63,205 bases of DNA, filler included, from Pirum gemmata (GCA_002812295.1; 27 parts of 27 records of this genome joined end to end with filler, not necessarily neighbours in it), one strand, 5' to 3'. Positions 1 through 14,592 are shown, counted from the first letter of the whole stretch. Numbers and translations are program-made. Notes: generated from the sequence alone by a model not told the origin.

Positions 1-900
1 TTAGGGTTAGGGTTAGGGTTAGGGTTAGGGTTAGCACATAGCAATCTATAGCTGGGGTTAGACATATAACTAAAACTTGTGACTTGCCTTAATGCTGGGT
101 TAGGAATAGCGTTACACTTAAGTTTACGATTATATTTAGGGTTGGGGTTAGGGTTAGGGTTATAGTAATTTAAGCTTAGGCTTAGGCTTAGGAATATAGA
201 TACATAGCACATAGCAATATATAGTTAGGGTTAGACATATAATTAAAAACTATGACTTAACAGGTTAAGGCGGGTTTTAATTATTATAGGGAACGTTCAT
301 AAAGGACGTCACTTATTCTTTGATAGAAGTCATTGCTCGAAAGTGTGACTTAAACTATTTTAGGCAGTAATTAATTTTATAAAATGAACTTTAAAATTAT
401 GACCAAAAGTGTTTTGGACAAGGGTTAGCTTTACATTTACATTTAGGTTTACGCTTATATTTAGGGTTAGGGTTAGGGGTAGGGGTAGGGTTATAGTAAT
501 TTAAGCATAGGCTTAGGCTTAGGAATATATATATATATATATATACAGCACATAGCAATATATATTTAGGGTTAAATATATAACTCAAAACTATGACTTA
601 CCAGGTTAATGCTTGGTTAGGGTTAACTTTACATTTACATTTAGGTTTACGCTTATATTTAGGGTTAGGGTTAGGGTTAGGGTTAGGGACAGGGTTGGGG
701 TTATAGTAATTTAAGCTTAGGGTTAGGCTTAGGAATATAGATTCATAGCATATAGTAGAATATAGGTAGGGTTAGACATATAACTAAAAACTTTTACTTA
801 TCAGGCTAATACTGGGTTAGAGTTAGCTTTACACTTAGGTTTACGCTTATATTTAGGGTTAGGGTTATAGTAATTTAAGCTAAGGCTAGGGTTAGGGTTT
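1..900 (+). repeat. Degenerate ~180-200 bp tandem repeat mixed with TTAGGG and variant hexamers
   Basis: Motif gcacatagcaatatatag..gggttagacatataactaaaa recurs at about 34, 207, 548 and 748, interleaved with TTAGGG/TTAGGC. Confidence 0.75.
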
Positions 901-907
901 GACTTAC

Positions 908-1968
908 CAAAACTTTCATAGGCTGGTGTTGAAAACGACTTAGTTTGTTTAGCTTCAAAGTACGAAAATATCCTATACACTCTATAAGTCAGGGAAGGGT
1001 GGTTTACAATTGGTTTAAGATCAAGAATTTACAAGTAGAGTTAAAAGTTAAGACTTGGGGTTAGGGTTAGGGTTAGGGTTAGGGTTAGGGTTAGGGTTAG
1101 GGTTAGGGTTAGGGTTACAGTTACAGTTAGGGTTACAGTTAGAGTTAGGGTTACAGTTAGAGTTAGGGGTAGGCTTAGAGTTAGGGGCAGTGATAGGGAT
1201 TGGGGCAGGGGTAGGGATTAGGGTTAGGAAAGGGAAGGGTTAGGGTTAGGGTTAGGGTTAGGGTTAGGNGTTAGGGTTAGGGTTAGGGTTAGGGTTAGGG
1301 TTAGGGTTAGGGTTAGGGTTAGGGTTAGGGTCATAATAAGGGTTAAAGTTAGTTATAGTTAGGGTTGGAATTAGGGTAAGAGGTTAGGGTGAGGGTGAGG
1401 GTGAGGGTTAGTTAGGGTTACCAATAGGGTTAGAAGTTGGGTTAGAGTTACGGTTCGGGTTAGGCTTAACTAAAACTCAAGGTTATATAAGGTTAGGCCT
1501 ACTTTTGGATGGGCTAGGGTTAGGGTTATGGTTTATGGTTAGGATTATAGTTAGCATTATGGTTAGTCACCTTAACGTGGGTGGCCAGTCTACCAAAGTA
1601 AAAAATCCATAATTTAATTTGTCATTATTATTATTATTATTATTACTATTATTATTATGAAAAGTATTATAATCTACATAATCATCATCACTAGCTTCAC
1701 TATTTATTCTAATTAATTGTTTTTCCTCTTCTGGTTGTACAACTGGATTTCGAAGAAAGTCATGTCGTACAAAAGCTGAAAGTAAACGAACAATTTCATC
1801 CAACTCACAAACAAAAACTGCCAAAAAACTTGGTTTTTTTACTACTAAATATTTTAAATCACTAGTTCTTGCCCAGTTCAGAACTATTTTAGTTAATGAT
1901 TCCATCGCCTTTTCGCATTTATTAATCAAAGTTGGTGGAAACCTCCTTTTAGGGCCTCTTCTTTCAAC
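908..1968 (-). CDS. Hypothetical protein, two internal exons (1968-1571 and 981-908), partial
   Basis: 135-aa ORF bounded by AG acceptor (atgaag|gtt) and GT donor (ttaag|gtgac). The next exon (tatag|agtg...tttg|gtaagt) is phase-compatible: ...PPTL-R-VYRIFSYFEAKQTKSFSTPAYESF. No family recognised. Confidence 0.55.
1056..1566 (+). repeat. Interstitial (TTAGGG)n array with variants, inside a predicted intron
   Basis: Runs of ttaggg plus ttacag/ttagag/tgaggg variants between the two exons above. Confidence 0.9.
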
Positions 1969-2190
1969 CTTCATATATATATATATATATATATATAGGG
2001 TTAGAGTTATGGGTTAGAGTTAGGGTTTGGGGTTAGGGTTAAGGGTTAGGGGTTAGGGTTAAGGGTCAAGGTTAGGGTTAGGGTTTAGAGTTAGGGTTAG
2101 GGTTAGGGGTTAGGGTTAGGGTATATATATATTGATGATGATGATGATAATGATGATAATGATGATAATATTAATTAAAATAATAATGAT

Positions 2191-2290
2191 NNNNNNNNNN
2201 NNNNNNNNNNNNNNNNNNNNNNNNNNNNNNNNNNTTAATTAATTAANNNNNNNNNNNNNNNNNNNNNNNNNNNNNNNNNNNNNNNNNNNN
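2191..2290. other. Artificial contig linker N44-TTAATTAATTAA-N44 (first of ~26, about every 2.3 kb: 4481, 6752, 9070, 11369 ... 59004)
   Basis: Identical 12-mer with stops in all six frames, flanked by equal N runs and recurring regularly; adjacent contig ends mostly lie in microsatellites. Confidence 0.97.
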
Positions 2291-5200
2291 GAAGCAGAAA
2301 GTCGAGTTTTAGGGGCAGAATTCGGAGAAGTACCCCATGGCCAATTATGCTATTACTATTATTACCATTATGATTACTATTAATAATATATTAGTATTAG
2401 TATTAGTATTAATATTAGTCTTATAATTAGTATTAGTATTAGTATTAGTACTAGTATTAGCGCTAGCTATAGTACTAGTATCAGTATTATTAGTATCAGT
2501 ATTAGTACAATACATTATTAACAGTATACTGCAGTATTATTAGTATTAGTATTAGTATTAGTTAGTATTAATGTTAATTAATATTAGTAATAGCATTTGT
2601 ATTAAAATTTTGTATTAGTATTAGTATTAGTATTAGTATTAGCATTAGTATTAATATTAATATTAATATTAGTATTAGTATTAGTAGTATTAATATTAGT
2701 ATTAATATTAGCAACAGCAATAATAGTATTACTATTAATTACTATTAATATTACTATTACTATTAATATTAATATTAATATAAATATTACTATTACTATT
2801 ACTATTAGAATTACTATTACTATTAGAAATACTATTACTATTACTATTAGAATTACTATTACTATTACTATTAGAATTACTAATATTACTATTAGAATTA
2901 CTACTACCATTACTATTGGAATTACTATTACTATTACTATTAGTATTTTCAACGTCTGGTATGGTCGACACTGAGTATAACTTGTTGCCTACTGTATTAT
3001 ATCATAGCTAACTAGTCTAAGCTAACTCGTACTCCTCGTAGTAAATGTTGCATAAAAAATCAAAAATCAAAAATCAAAATTTTTTTTTAAAAAAAAATAA
3101 TCCCACCAACTTCTAAAATCTAAAAAAAAAGTTCTAACTGCTCACTTGTTATACCAAATATAGAAAATTGTTACTTTTTATGGCTATATTATCAACTTTT
3201 GTGGATTGTAGTTCTATATTTGGAAAAACAAGGAATTTCACGCACCAAAATTGGCGAATAATTGATAGAAGTGTGGCTTTGGAAATTGATACGATGGCCA
3301 GGTTTCTTGAAATTTTGTTCTACTTTTTCTTTTTTTTAAAAAAAGCGTGTGCTATTAAAATATAATGCTATTATCGATATGCTATGATTTTTGTTGTGTT
3401 CTGTTGTGTTCTGTTGTGTTTTATTGTGTTTTGTGTTTTGTTGTGTTTAGTATTTATTAGTATTTATTGTGTTATACATTCGTTTTTGTTGTCTTGAGCA
3501 TCGGTTTCTGTACTTTTTAGGATAAATCGCGTTTTCCGATGTGTCGTTGAGTGCGTGTGCGTACTGTACTGTATTTAAAGTGTATTGTATTAATTGTATC
3601 ATATTGTTTTTTTTTCGTTTTGTTTGTTTTTTGTTTGGTTTGGTTTGGTTTGCAAACCAAATTTAATTCAAAACCATTAGATTATGCATTGTTATATGAA
3701 CATTATTATTGTTATATCATTGTCATTATTGTCATTATCAGTATCGTTATTATTATTATTATTATCATTAATAATCCATTTGCATATTGTCATTACGATA
3801 TTCATTCTCAATGTTATCATTATAAATTTACATTATTATCATTATCATATCATCATCATCATCATCATCATCATCATTAATATTATCTTTATTAGAACAC
3901 ACATTATTACCATTACCATTCCTAACAGCCTCCCTAACATTAAAACTTTACCTCTTTAGGGTTAGGGTTAGGGAGTGGGGTTAGACATAACAAAAGAACC
4001 AAAAAAAGTATTGGATAGAAACAAAATAATCGCTAACCTCCAATAATAAACGCCCCCATAAATTTAGGAATTGGGAGGTGAATAGATTGTTCGTTTTTTG
4101 ACGAAACAATAAGCCAATAACCTTCGAGACTCACAAACAAAAACATGAATTATGATAAATTATGACCAAAAAAGAATAAATAAATAAACAAAATACCTTA
4201 ATAAAGAATAAGTAAACAGTAGGCTATGAAGACAGTGGCTGTTGGGGGGTTCTAAACGTGATTTTCTAAACTTGTCTGTGTAAGTAGAGGTGAAACGGAG
4301 GGGTGCAGAATCTGTATTTTTTACTTATAAAATATTATGGTTATTATGACGAAAAAAACAACCTTTGAGTCTCACAAAATTATGACCAAAAAAGAACAAG
4401 TAAATCATAATAATAAAAAAATGATACGGATCAGCTCAATCGTATTGCGTTATTATCATAGCAATGGTTTTTTTTACTATNNNNNNNNNNNNNNNNNNNN
4501 NNNNNNNNNNNNNNNNNNNNNNNNTTAATTAATTAANNNNNNNNNNNNNNNNNNNNNNNNNNNNNNNNNNNNNNNNNNNNTAGGGTTAGGGTTAGGGTTA
4601 GGGTTAGGGGGGTTAGGGTTAGGGTTAGTTAGGGCTCGTTTAGGGTTAGGGCAAGGTTCTTTTTTTGAAGATAACCCTAGCTAGCTACGATAGCAGCTAG
4701 ACTAGTACATAAAATACAGCTTCAAATACCCCTACCTACCTACAACTCGACGTTAAATTCCGGTGGAAATACCACCTACCTACCTACCCCTTGACGTGAC
4801 GTATTATTTGAGTCTAAGTAGTTTTAGTAGTGTTTTAGTCCAAGTAGTTTTAGTCAGTTTTTCCAAGAATGAGGCTTCCAAATATAGATTAGATATAAGA
4901 AAATCAAAAAATTAATTTTTAGATCGATCATTATTATTTTTTTTTAAAAAAAAAAATTTGTTATTTAAATAAATCTAACAGAAAGTTTATTATAAACCGA
5001 GTCATGTCTTTTTCTTTTTTTTTTATGTCTTTTTTGCCTTTCTTTTATTTAACACTTATTTAACCACTTTAAAACATTTAGCACCCAGAATAAAAGTCAT
5101 GTTTTTAATTTTGATTCTTTTTTCAATTTTTTCTTTTTTTCGAACAAAATGTGGGGTGCAAAAATCAGAACGAAAATAGCTCGAAAAAAAATAACACATC

Positions 5201-5534
5201 TTTTTTTTTTTTTTTTCTTGTTTTACAGACCATTTACAGACATTTTAAAAATATAATGACCCAATAAAAAACCCCCTCCAAAAAAAGTGCTGGGATGGCT
5301 GAGCCGGAAAAGGGTGACAAAAATAAAATGTCGCAGGCTCCGGCCATATCCCTGCATACTTTTATTAATAAATACATGTATTTTTTTCCGGTGTATATTG
5401 TTGACTCTTTTATTTTCCGGCGTTCTCCGGAGTTTACAGATTTTGAATATCTTTTAGAATCTTAGACTAATCTTAGCCGAAAGGCCAAAAATCCAAAAAT
5501 GTAAAAAATGTGTTGAACCAAGGAGGTGAGAAAG

Positions 5535-5761
5535 AGGGGTGAGATATCTACTGGAACTTTTTTCGAACAGATGCTTATCAAGCCAAACTTAGTTCCGTAT
5601 TTCTTACTAATAATAGTATTTAAATAGCTTAAAATAGTAAATTTAATTATATTATATACCAATTAAAGTAATAATATTAACATTAATAGTGATAAAACCA
5701 TAAAAATTGGAAAAGTTCGGGCAGCTGTTCGGTAATAATAAAATGACGTCATCTCACCCCT
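5535..5761. mobile_element. Putative MITE family A (TIR AGGGGTGAGAT); second copy at 17021-17226
   Basis: 11-bp terminal inverted repeat; the internal sequence (atctactggaacttttttcgaacagatgcttatc...aaaatgacgtc) recurs on another contig. Confidence 0.65.
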
Positions 5762-5842
5762 ACTAAAAAAACTGGGTTGGACTCAAGAATTTTTGAATAG
5801 AAATTTTATCATACTGAAAAAATACTGAAAAAATTATAATAT

Positions 5843-6118
5843 CTAGCTAGTGTCTATTCGTCAGCACGTCATTTCGCAATGACATCGTCATTATACAATG
5901 ACGTTTTATCTCAAATCCAACGTGGTCGTATTAACACTTTTAATTACGCAATTGAGACGAAAAGTATATCAAATGAAAGGAAATTACTTCAATATTATGC
6001 CGTGAGCTGATCGTGCCATTCATACCATTCATTCTCATTTCCCGAAAAGTTTGTCAAAGTAAAACTTTTTTTGTCATTGTGCAATGACAGCGCTTGCTGA
6101 CGAATAGAGACTAGCTAG
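5843..6118. mobile_element. Putative MITE with TA-flanked TIR GT(C/G)TCTATTCGTCAGCA
   Basis: ctagctagtgtctattcgtcagca ... tgctgacgaatagagactagctag match at 23 of 24 positions as an inverted repeat; non-coding interior. Confidence 0.7.
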
Positions 6119-6324
6119 TTATTCAGAACTTATTCTAGTTATTATAATATAATAATTATATTATGATTGATAATGAAAAAGTTTGATATCATATTATCAT
6201 AACACTAGTACTCGTACAGATTATTAGAGTACTCATAGTCTAGTACTAGTAATATTGGTAGTAATAGTAGTAATAGTAGTAGTAATAGTAGTAGTAATAG
6301 TAGTAGTAATAGTAGTTGATGTTG

Positions 6325-6370
<46 letters not shown>

Positions 6371-6397
6371 CAGTAGTAGTAGTAGTAGTCTGTAGTC

Positions 6398-6441
<44 letters not shown>

Positions 6442-7069
6442 TGATAGTATAACTATAGTATGATAGTAGACTGGTATCATTGATAGTAGTATCAGATAGT
6501 AGTAGGCTAGTAGCTAGTATGATAGCTAGATTATTATTTTTTTTTGCCAATAATTAATTAAATTATAAGATAGTCTATTAAAAAGTAGACAATACTATAA
6601 TTAAAAATCATCAACTTTATTTTCAATTAAAAATACATACTTACAATTTATATATTAATTTACAAAAAATTTATTTTATACCACATTCGTCATTAGTACA
6701 GTAAATAAAATAAAATAAAATAAAATAAAATAAAGTAAAATAAAATAAAATNNNNNNNNNNNNNNNNNNNNNNNNNNNNNNNNNNNNNNNNNNNNTTAAT
6801 TAATTAANNNNNNNNNNNNNNNNNNNNNNNNNNNNNNNNNNNNNNNNNNNNTATTATTAAAATTATTATTATTATTACTTATAGGACAACACAATAAGAT
6901 TAACAAATTATTTAGAATATGGTTAAGTGAGTGGGTTCGTGTTGTGAAAACTGGGGGTTTGATCTGTCTTGTAACTATTAGAATAAAAGCAACCTTGCTC
7001 GATTTTGAGAACCATTTTAAAGGCAAATCATTAGAATTACTTGAAAATTTACAATTTGATAATTCTGGT

Positions 7070-7550
7070 TTTGAACAATGTCATTTTTTCATATTTAAAA
7101 AATTATGAATCCTACAATGCTCGAAATGCTAGGCTCGAAAAGTTAATATCGAAAAGGTAGGCTCGAAAAGGGTTAGGGTTAAGGTTAGGGAAAAGGATGG
7201 GAAGGATGGGCTCGAAAAGGATGGGCTAGAAAAGGATGGCTCGAAAAGGATGGGCTCGAAAGGGTGGGCTCGAAAAGGATGGGCTCGAAAAGGCTAGGAT
7301 CGAAAAGGGTAGGATGAAAAGGGTAGGCTCGAAAAGGGTGGGCTCGAAAATAAAAATTTGAACAATGTCATTTTTTCAATATTTTGAAAGTTATGCATCC
7401 TACAATACTCGAAATGCTAGGCCCAAAAAGGGTAATATCGAAAAGGGTTATATCGAAAAGGGTAATATCGAAAAGGGTTAGGGTTAGGGTTAGGGTTAGG
7501 GAAAAGAGTGGCTCGAAAAGGGTGGCTCAAAAAGGGTGGGCTCGAAAATA
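7070..7550 (+). repeat. ~15-bp minisatellite (ctcgaaaagg(a/g)tggg) within a ~290-bp tandem duplication
   Basis: Many ctcgaaaagg copies; ttgaacaatgtcattttttc...cctacaat occurs at about 7071 and 7358. Confidence 0.8.
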
Positions 7551-9169
7551 AAAAATAAATAATCTCATAAGTCGATAATATTCTCGATAATGTCTACAAA
7601 AAGACTACAAAAAGTATGTAATTCTCTTTAAAAGATAACGTTGTTTGTTGTTTGTTGTTTACTTGCTTGTTTGTTTGTTTTTTGTTTGTCTGTTTGTTTG
7701 TTGTTTGTTTGTTTGTTTGTTGTTTGTTTGTTGTTTGTTGTTTGTTGTTAGTTGTTGTTTGTTGTTGTTTGTTGTTTGTTTGTTGTTTGTTGTTTGTTTG
7801 TTTGTTGTTGGTTGTTTGGTGTTTGTTGTTTGTTTGTTGTTTGTTGTTGGTTGTTTATTGTTTGTTGTTGGTTGTTGGTTGTTGGTTGTTGGTTGTTGGT
7901 TGTTGGTTGTTTGTTTGTTGTTAGTTTATTGTTTATTGTTTATTGTTGGTTGTTGGTTGTTGGTTGTTGGTTGTTGGTTGTTGGTTGTTGGTTGTTGGTT
8001 GTTGGTTTTTTCTTTTGTCAATTTTACTAAAATGAAAATTTAAAATTTTTTAAAAAACCTTTATGACAAACAAGTCGAATCGATTGGTCAAAATTTGAGA
8101 AAAAAAAAACAATTTTGAAGTTTTAATATATATATATAAATTTTCTTTGTATTATTGCTACTATATTGTTATTTTCATTTATTTCGTCACTCTGAATATT
8201 TATTTGGTAGGTCATAACCTTAAATTGACATTTTGAAATAAAAAAATAAATAATAAAATATACCAAAATTAAATTATATGTATCCATATGGTACTAATTT
8301 GGTAGTCTTTATTGTATATTATATGATGACAAAACAACTAAAAAGCACTATAAGTGTAATTATATTGAATCCCCCCCACCCACCACCGCTCCAGAAGATT
8401 AGCAAAAAGTAAGTATTACCAAAAAATAAGCATTACCAAAAAGTAAGTATTGTCAAAAGTAATTATTATTACCCAAAAAAGATAATTATTACCAAAAAGG
8501 TAATTATCACGCAGCATTTAGTGCATTATATTGGAGAGCTAGCTACTTAAAAACTGCCCGATTATAATAAAAACTACCCGATTATAATATAAATTCCTAC
8601 CTCGTGATAAATAAAAACTACCCAATTGAAATAAAAATTTAACAACAAAGTTGACCACGCAAAAAACTTGGGTTCGTCGCTCGGTCAATCATCCAAATAT
8701 TTAGAATTCTCGTTCAAAAAATAATCGAGTAGGTAGTTCGAAAAATATACGTAAGATATAATCCAATCAAAAACTTCTGCCTATTATTAATATAATATAT
8801 GTAAATAATACAAAAAAAAAAAAAAAAAAAAAAAAAAACAAATATTTGAGGAGGAGGTAGTTTGAAAAATATTCAATATTCGAGTGTACTCGTTCGAAAA
8901 ATATTCAAGCGTACTCGGTCGAAAAATATTCGAACGTAACTCTAGATAAGTAAGTTCAATCTAAAAAATTCCTTTTTGTCTTTTTGCCTTTTTTGTCTTT
9001 TTTGCCTTTTTTGCCTTTTTTGCCTTTTTTGCCTTTTTTATTTTCCCCTTTTTTTTTCCTCCTTTTTTTNNNNNNNNNNNNNNNNNNNNNNNNNNNNNNN
9101 NNNNNNNNNNNNNTTAATTAATTAANNNNNNNNNNNNNNNNNNNNNNNNNNNNNNNNNNNNNNNNNNNN

Positions 9170-10047
9170 CACCACCACCACCACCACTACCATCACCACC
9201 ACCACCACCACCACCACCACCACCACCACCACCAACGTGAAAACAATCACAATAACAATCACAATTACAATTACAATAACAATAACATTAAAATAACAAA
9301 AGCAAGAATATCAATAAAAACAAAAAGAAAAATTTAAACAAGAACAAAAACAAAAACAAGAACAAGAAAAATAACAATAACAACTACAAAAAACAGCAAT
9401 AACAATAACAATAATAATAACAATAACAATAATAATAACAATAACAATAACAATAACAATAGTAGAACTTTCAGTTTCAAGAAATCAAAAATCAAAAAAG
9501 AAATGAACAACAACAACAGCAACAATAACTTTAGTAGCTATCACATTAACTACGAGAATAAAAAACTTGGTGAAAACAACGTTAACACAAATTTGTTTAA
9601 CACAAAAAAATGCAAATATAGAGAATTCAACGATTTGTCTGTAATAGATATTAATGAACATCACACAACACAACCACCACCATCATTAATATTACAAGAA
9701 AAACAACAATCACATGCTCATTCACAACTTAAACTAAAACAAGCTCAACAGCCTCTGCAAAAATCTGTGCAACATGAGCAAAAGTTTGACACAAAGAAGA
9801 AACAAAATAAAATACATCATGAGTTACAAATATCTCTTTTAAAACAAAAAGTTAAGAAAAAAGCTCCCCCCATCCCTTTATCACTCGTAAAATTGCAAAT
9901 TGATTTAGAAGAAGAAGAACATATTTTACTAACACAAGAACAAGAACAAGAACAAGAACAAGAACAAGAACAAGAACTTCATATACAACCACATCAAGAA
10001 TATCATTATCATCAACAAGAATATTATCATTATCAACAACGACAACG

Positions 10048-10113
<66 letters not shown>

Positions 10114-11292
10114 GCTGGAAGAGCTGCCACCACCACCATCTATATCGCCACATTTTCACCTACAGGAACAAACACATGAAGACGAACTCTTACTTTTAAA
10201 TTTGTTACCACCACCAACGATCAAACAAAAACAATCCGAAGAAAAAGCAATATTGGAACAAAAAAAGATCGAAAAAATGAGTGAAATATTAAAATGTCAA
10301 ATTAAAAAACAACAAAGGCAACAACAAAAATCACTACCACCAAAACCAAAAAAGCAATCAAAACATTCACAACGGCCTCGACAAAAACCCCAACCCCAAC
10401 CCCAACCCCAACCCCAACCACAATTACAATTACAATCACAACCACAACCACAATTACTATCACAATTACAATCACAACCACAATCACTACCACAACTAAC
10501 AGCACCACAAATAACAGCATTAGAATCACAAACACAATCAGAGTCAGAGTCAGAATCACAATCAGAGTCAGAGTCAGAGGCAGAGTCAGAATCAGAATCA
10601 GAATCAGATTTGCAATTGAACAAACAAATACCAATTCAAACACACCCAATAGAAAAGGCAATATTCTCAAGACAATCAGAACGAGAAGTAGAACACCAAG
10701 CTATCAGCGACTTTTATCAACGTCAATCAAAAAGTTTTAAAACTTTCCAACCCAACTCAATGTTTTTAGAAAACAATTTCGATCGAACATATTTAGTTAA
10801 TGTTGATACAAACGAAGATTCGAGTTCAAAAAAAGTACAAAGAAAACAAAGACCAAAATCATGTTATGTTGATAATAACCTGTTAGAGTTAAAAGGCAGT
10901 AGTTATTCTGTTCCCCATATACATATGCATCGATCCAGCACTTCGTTTAGTTTGAATAACATGAATGACAAGCAAAGTTTTGAAAAATATACCAATACTA
11001 ACACCAACACCAACACCAACACCAACACCAACACCAACACCAACAACAACAACAACAACAACAACATTAATAATAATATCAATTATAACAATCATAATAG
11101 TTATAAAAATGGCACACTTTGTAGTAGAGTAAGCAAAAATTCTTTCTTTAATTCTAATAATTCTAAGTATATAATAGATACAAACGAAGAAAATCCAAAC
11201 GATATGTCATTTAGTGGTCTTTATGGGAATATGAAATCTTTACAAAAACAAGATTTAAAAGACATTAAGAGAAAACAAAAAGAAACGAAATT
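9170..11292 (+). CDS. Large exon of a low-complexity Gln/Asn/Pro/Ser-rich hypothetical protein, partial
   Basis: 597-aa ORF mixing unique segments with poly-Q, QE, PQ, SE and TN repeats; the frame appears open toward the contig start; ends at a strong donor (aaatt|gtaagt). Confidence 0.65.
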
Positions 11293-11473
11293 GTAAGTTA
11301 ATCATTTATATTATTTTTATCGTTGGTTTTATTATTATTATGGTTATCACTATTATTATTATTATTATNNNNNNNNNNNNNNNNNNNNNNNNNNNNNNNN
11401 NNNNNNNNNNNNTTAATTAATTAANNNNNNNNNNNNNNNNNNNNNNNNNNNNNNNNNNNNNNNNNNNNTCATC

Positions 11474-11508
<35 letters not shown>

Positions 11509-12652
11509 CATTATCATTATCATTATCATTATCATTATATAAATATATAGACGTTAATTTGATTATTTGCAAATAGACACTTTTTGTGGGATATTGTATT
11601 GTCTACTAATCTATAATAGAGTGCAGTGTAATAATATATTATTACATATATATTACATTGTCTGCTATATTTTATAATACAGTGCAGTGTATACAGTATA
11701 AACTTCTCATGGTATTTCCATAATAAACATTTATTATTATTATTTATTGTTCAGTCTACTTTATTGTAAATTTATAATATCATACTGTATTTTATTTATT
11801 TTTGATTTTTTTTATTATTCACTCGCTACTAGCTAGCTAGCTAGAGAAGACTCTCTCTTTAGTTTAGGTCCATAGATCATATAGTCTATCGATTAGAGCT
11901 TAGCTAAATCGATAAGTGTGATATAGTTACTACTAGGATTTAGGTTGTTTCTACGATAGCTTCAGTGAAGGTTCTGTGAGTCAAAAAGTCTTGAAAACGG
12001 TCAAGTATTGCAAAAGTTAGTCAAAGAACAACCAATTCATTAGGGTTTTAGATTTAGAGTTAGGCTTAGAGGCTGCTTAGGCTTGGGCTTAGGCGCTAGC
12101 TAGGGCTTAGGCACTAACTACAATCGAGCAAGTGAGCAAGTCTTGCTTTAGAAGCACTTTCGAGGTTTTAAGTGCCGCTAAAAACTTCAATATGTCACTC
12201 TTGGTTATCGTAATTGGTTTAGGTTTAATTAATAACGGAGGGGAGGTTATGTAAAAACCCTTACCGGCTCACTCTTGGTTATCGAAGTTCACTAAAATAT
12301 ACCAAATTAAGTTAAATAAATTTATGTTGTATTAATTTGGTACTTTTAATTATATATTTTATGACGACAAAACAACTAAAAAGCACTGTAGAGTCCTCCT
12401 CTATAGACTTACCCCTGAGACTTACCCCAATTTTTTATGAAAAAATTCGCAAAAAAATGCGTCAAATAAAACTTTTCTAACAATGAGATAAAGACTGGAG
12501 ATAAAGATTATTCAGAAAGATTATTAGACGCGCGGTTGCATTTTTTGGGACGACGAATCCAAATCTGAAATCAAAATATAATAACAGTTACTATTACTAT
12601 TACTAAGCGAAAAACACTCGAAAAACGGACTTATCGTCAGTAGTTTCGCCAG

Positions 12653-12687
<35 letters not shown>

Positions 12688-14115
12688 ACAAATTAGTCTA
12701 CAGGAAAAATGCCAAAAAAAAAAAAAAAAAAGGATTTGGGTCCCCTCTAGCTAGCTACTTAGTACTAGCTAGAGCTAGCTTAGTAGTGGTGGGCCTGAGT
12801 CTAAGTGTGGGTCAGTGTGGGTCCCCTATACTCACCCCATACTCGTTACGTCATACTAGCTACTAGACTAGAGCAGGCTAGCTAGGCCTGACACAATTTG
12901 TGATGGCAGCCTCATTGGCAGATATTGCCAATGCAAGTAGACTTTTTTTATTATTTTTATTTTTATTTCACTCTAGCTAGTAGCTAGTAGTTGACAACTA
13001 GCTAGAGAATCAGAGATATGACATACCATTGCACCAACATGGCTACAATGTCAACCATTGTTCGTAGTCAAAGTCACTCTACTACTAGGTCAAAGTCATA
13101 GTCAACCACTAAGTCAACCTTTGTAGTTACTAGCTAATACCACTAGCTCCTAAAAAAAAGCTCCTTTTCTAAAGAGGTCAACCTCTGCCTTAGTCAACCT
13201 TAGTTAGTACCAACCAGCTCCTAAAAAAAAGCTCCTTTTCTAAAATGTCAAACTCTGCCTTTTTAACCAGTGCCTTAGTCAACCTTAGTTAGCTACTATA
13301 GGCTATAGGTGCTATCGTGATATAGTCTAACTATCATAGCTAGCTAGCAAACACTCTATAGCTAGCTAGCTAGCTAACTGGCTATTAGCTGCCTTGTAAT
13401 TAGAACTGTGCCTTTACTTTCTTAGATTATCTGATAGAAAATTTTAGATAAAAAGTATCAGTTGTTGACTTTTACTATGATACAGGCTAGTCTACAGCAA
13501 CACTCAGTAGATCTACCCATGTTTGTTGATTTTTTTTTTTTTTTTGACCAGCAGACTACCAGCAGCCATTCTGAAGAATTATTATCTACTTTGTAAATCG
13601 TCATTTCATGATGAGCTGAGCTTACTATGATAGCTACAATAGGTAGCTAGCTAGCTAGAGGTATGGAACAGTAAAAAAACGTGCTTNNNNNNNNNNNNNN
13701 NNNNNNNNNNNNNNNNNNNNNNNNNNNNNNTTAATTAATTAANNNNNNNNNNNNNNNNNNNNNNNNNNNNNNNNNNNNNNNNNNNNTTGATACCAAATAT
13801 CAAATTAATTAAAACATGACTAATTAATTATAATTTGGTAAGCTTATTTCAGTTTTTGAACCGGGCAATGGGTAGGGTTCTGTGCTAGCTAGCTAGCTAG
13901 TAGTAGACTAGCTATCGTAGCTAGTCTAGCTAGGGGTTCTGGGGTAGGGTCTAGCTAGCTAGAGAGGGGGTAGGAATCCCGTAGGATAACTATCCGATAG
14001 CTAAGGTTATATGGGCAGGGTCATGGGTTGGTTATGATATTGATATCGGGATATCAACACTATAGACCCCCCCCTCTCTCGGGTCTATCGACTAAGGGGA
14101 TATCGATCTCAGGGA

Positions 14116-14302
14116 TTGTGCTTTTTATTTATTTTGTCACTCTGAGTATTTATTTGGTTGTTTATAATATTTAAACTGATACCTTTAAATATATATATAT
14201 ATAATAAAATATACCAAATTAAATAAAATGGATTTATATTGTATTAATTTGGTATTATTTATTGTATATTTTACGACTTCAAAATAACTGAAAAGCACGA
14301 TA
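14116..14302. mobile_element. Putative MITE family B (~185 bp, TIR-like (T/C)GTGCTTTT); related copies near 8165-8350, 12295-12390, 47445-47760
   Basis: Shared core ttgtcactctga.tatttatttggt...taccaaattaa...ttaatttggta...aaaacaact(a/g)aaaagcac on at least four contigs, with imperfect terminal and internal inverted repeats. Confidence 0.6.
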
Positions 14303-14556
14303 GGTTTTATGTATGGGTTATGACTAGTGGGTTATGATATGGGTTAGACCATCTATATGGGTAACTTATGGGTTAGGTCTATGGGTTATGATATGGGTTA
14401 TGATAGTCTTTATTATTAAATATTAATATAATATTAATTAAAATACGTCTTGTGTTATTGTTGTGTTATTGTTGTGTTATTGTTGTGTTATTGTTACCTT
14501 ACGTTCTGTAATAATTTAATTTCAAAACTTACATAATAATGGCAAATATTAATGAA

Positions 14557-14592
<36 letters not shown>

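Noticed and set aside
1..33. True telomeres at the window ends (also 63176-63205)
   Set aside because: Polarity is reversed (TTAGGG at the left end, CCCTAA at the right) and identical arrays are interstitial throughout.
2235..2246. Regularly spaced TTAATTAATTAA palindromes and ORFs ending ...XXXLIN
   Set aside because: Artificial six-frame-stop linker between contigs, not a biological repeat.
2602..8043. Hydrophobic or low-complexity ORFs (poly-IV, poly-L, CLLFVV; likewise 22981-24749, 28334-29151, 58293-58901, 62335-63065)
   Set aside because: Translations of tri- to heptanucleotide microsatellites that are open in several frames; no coding evidence.
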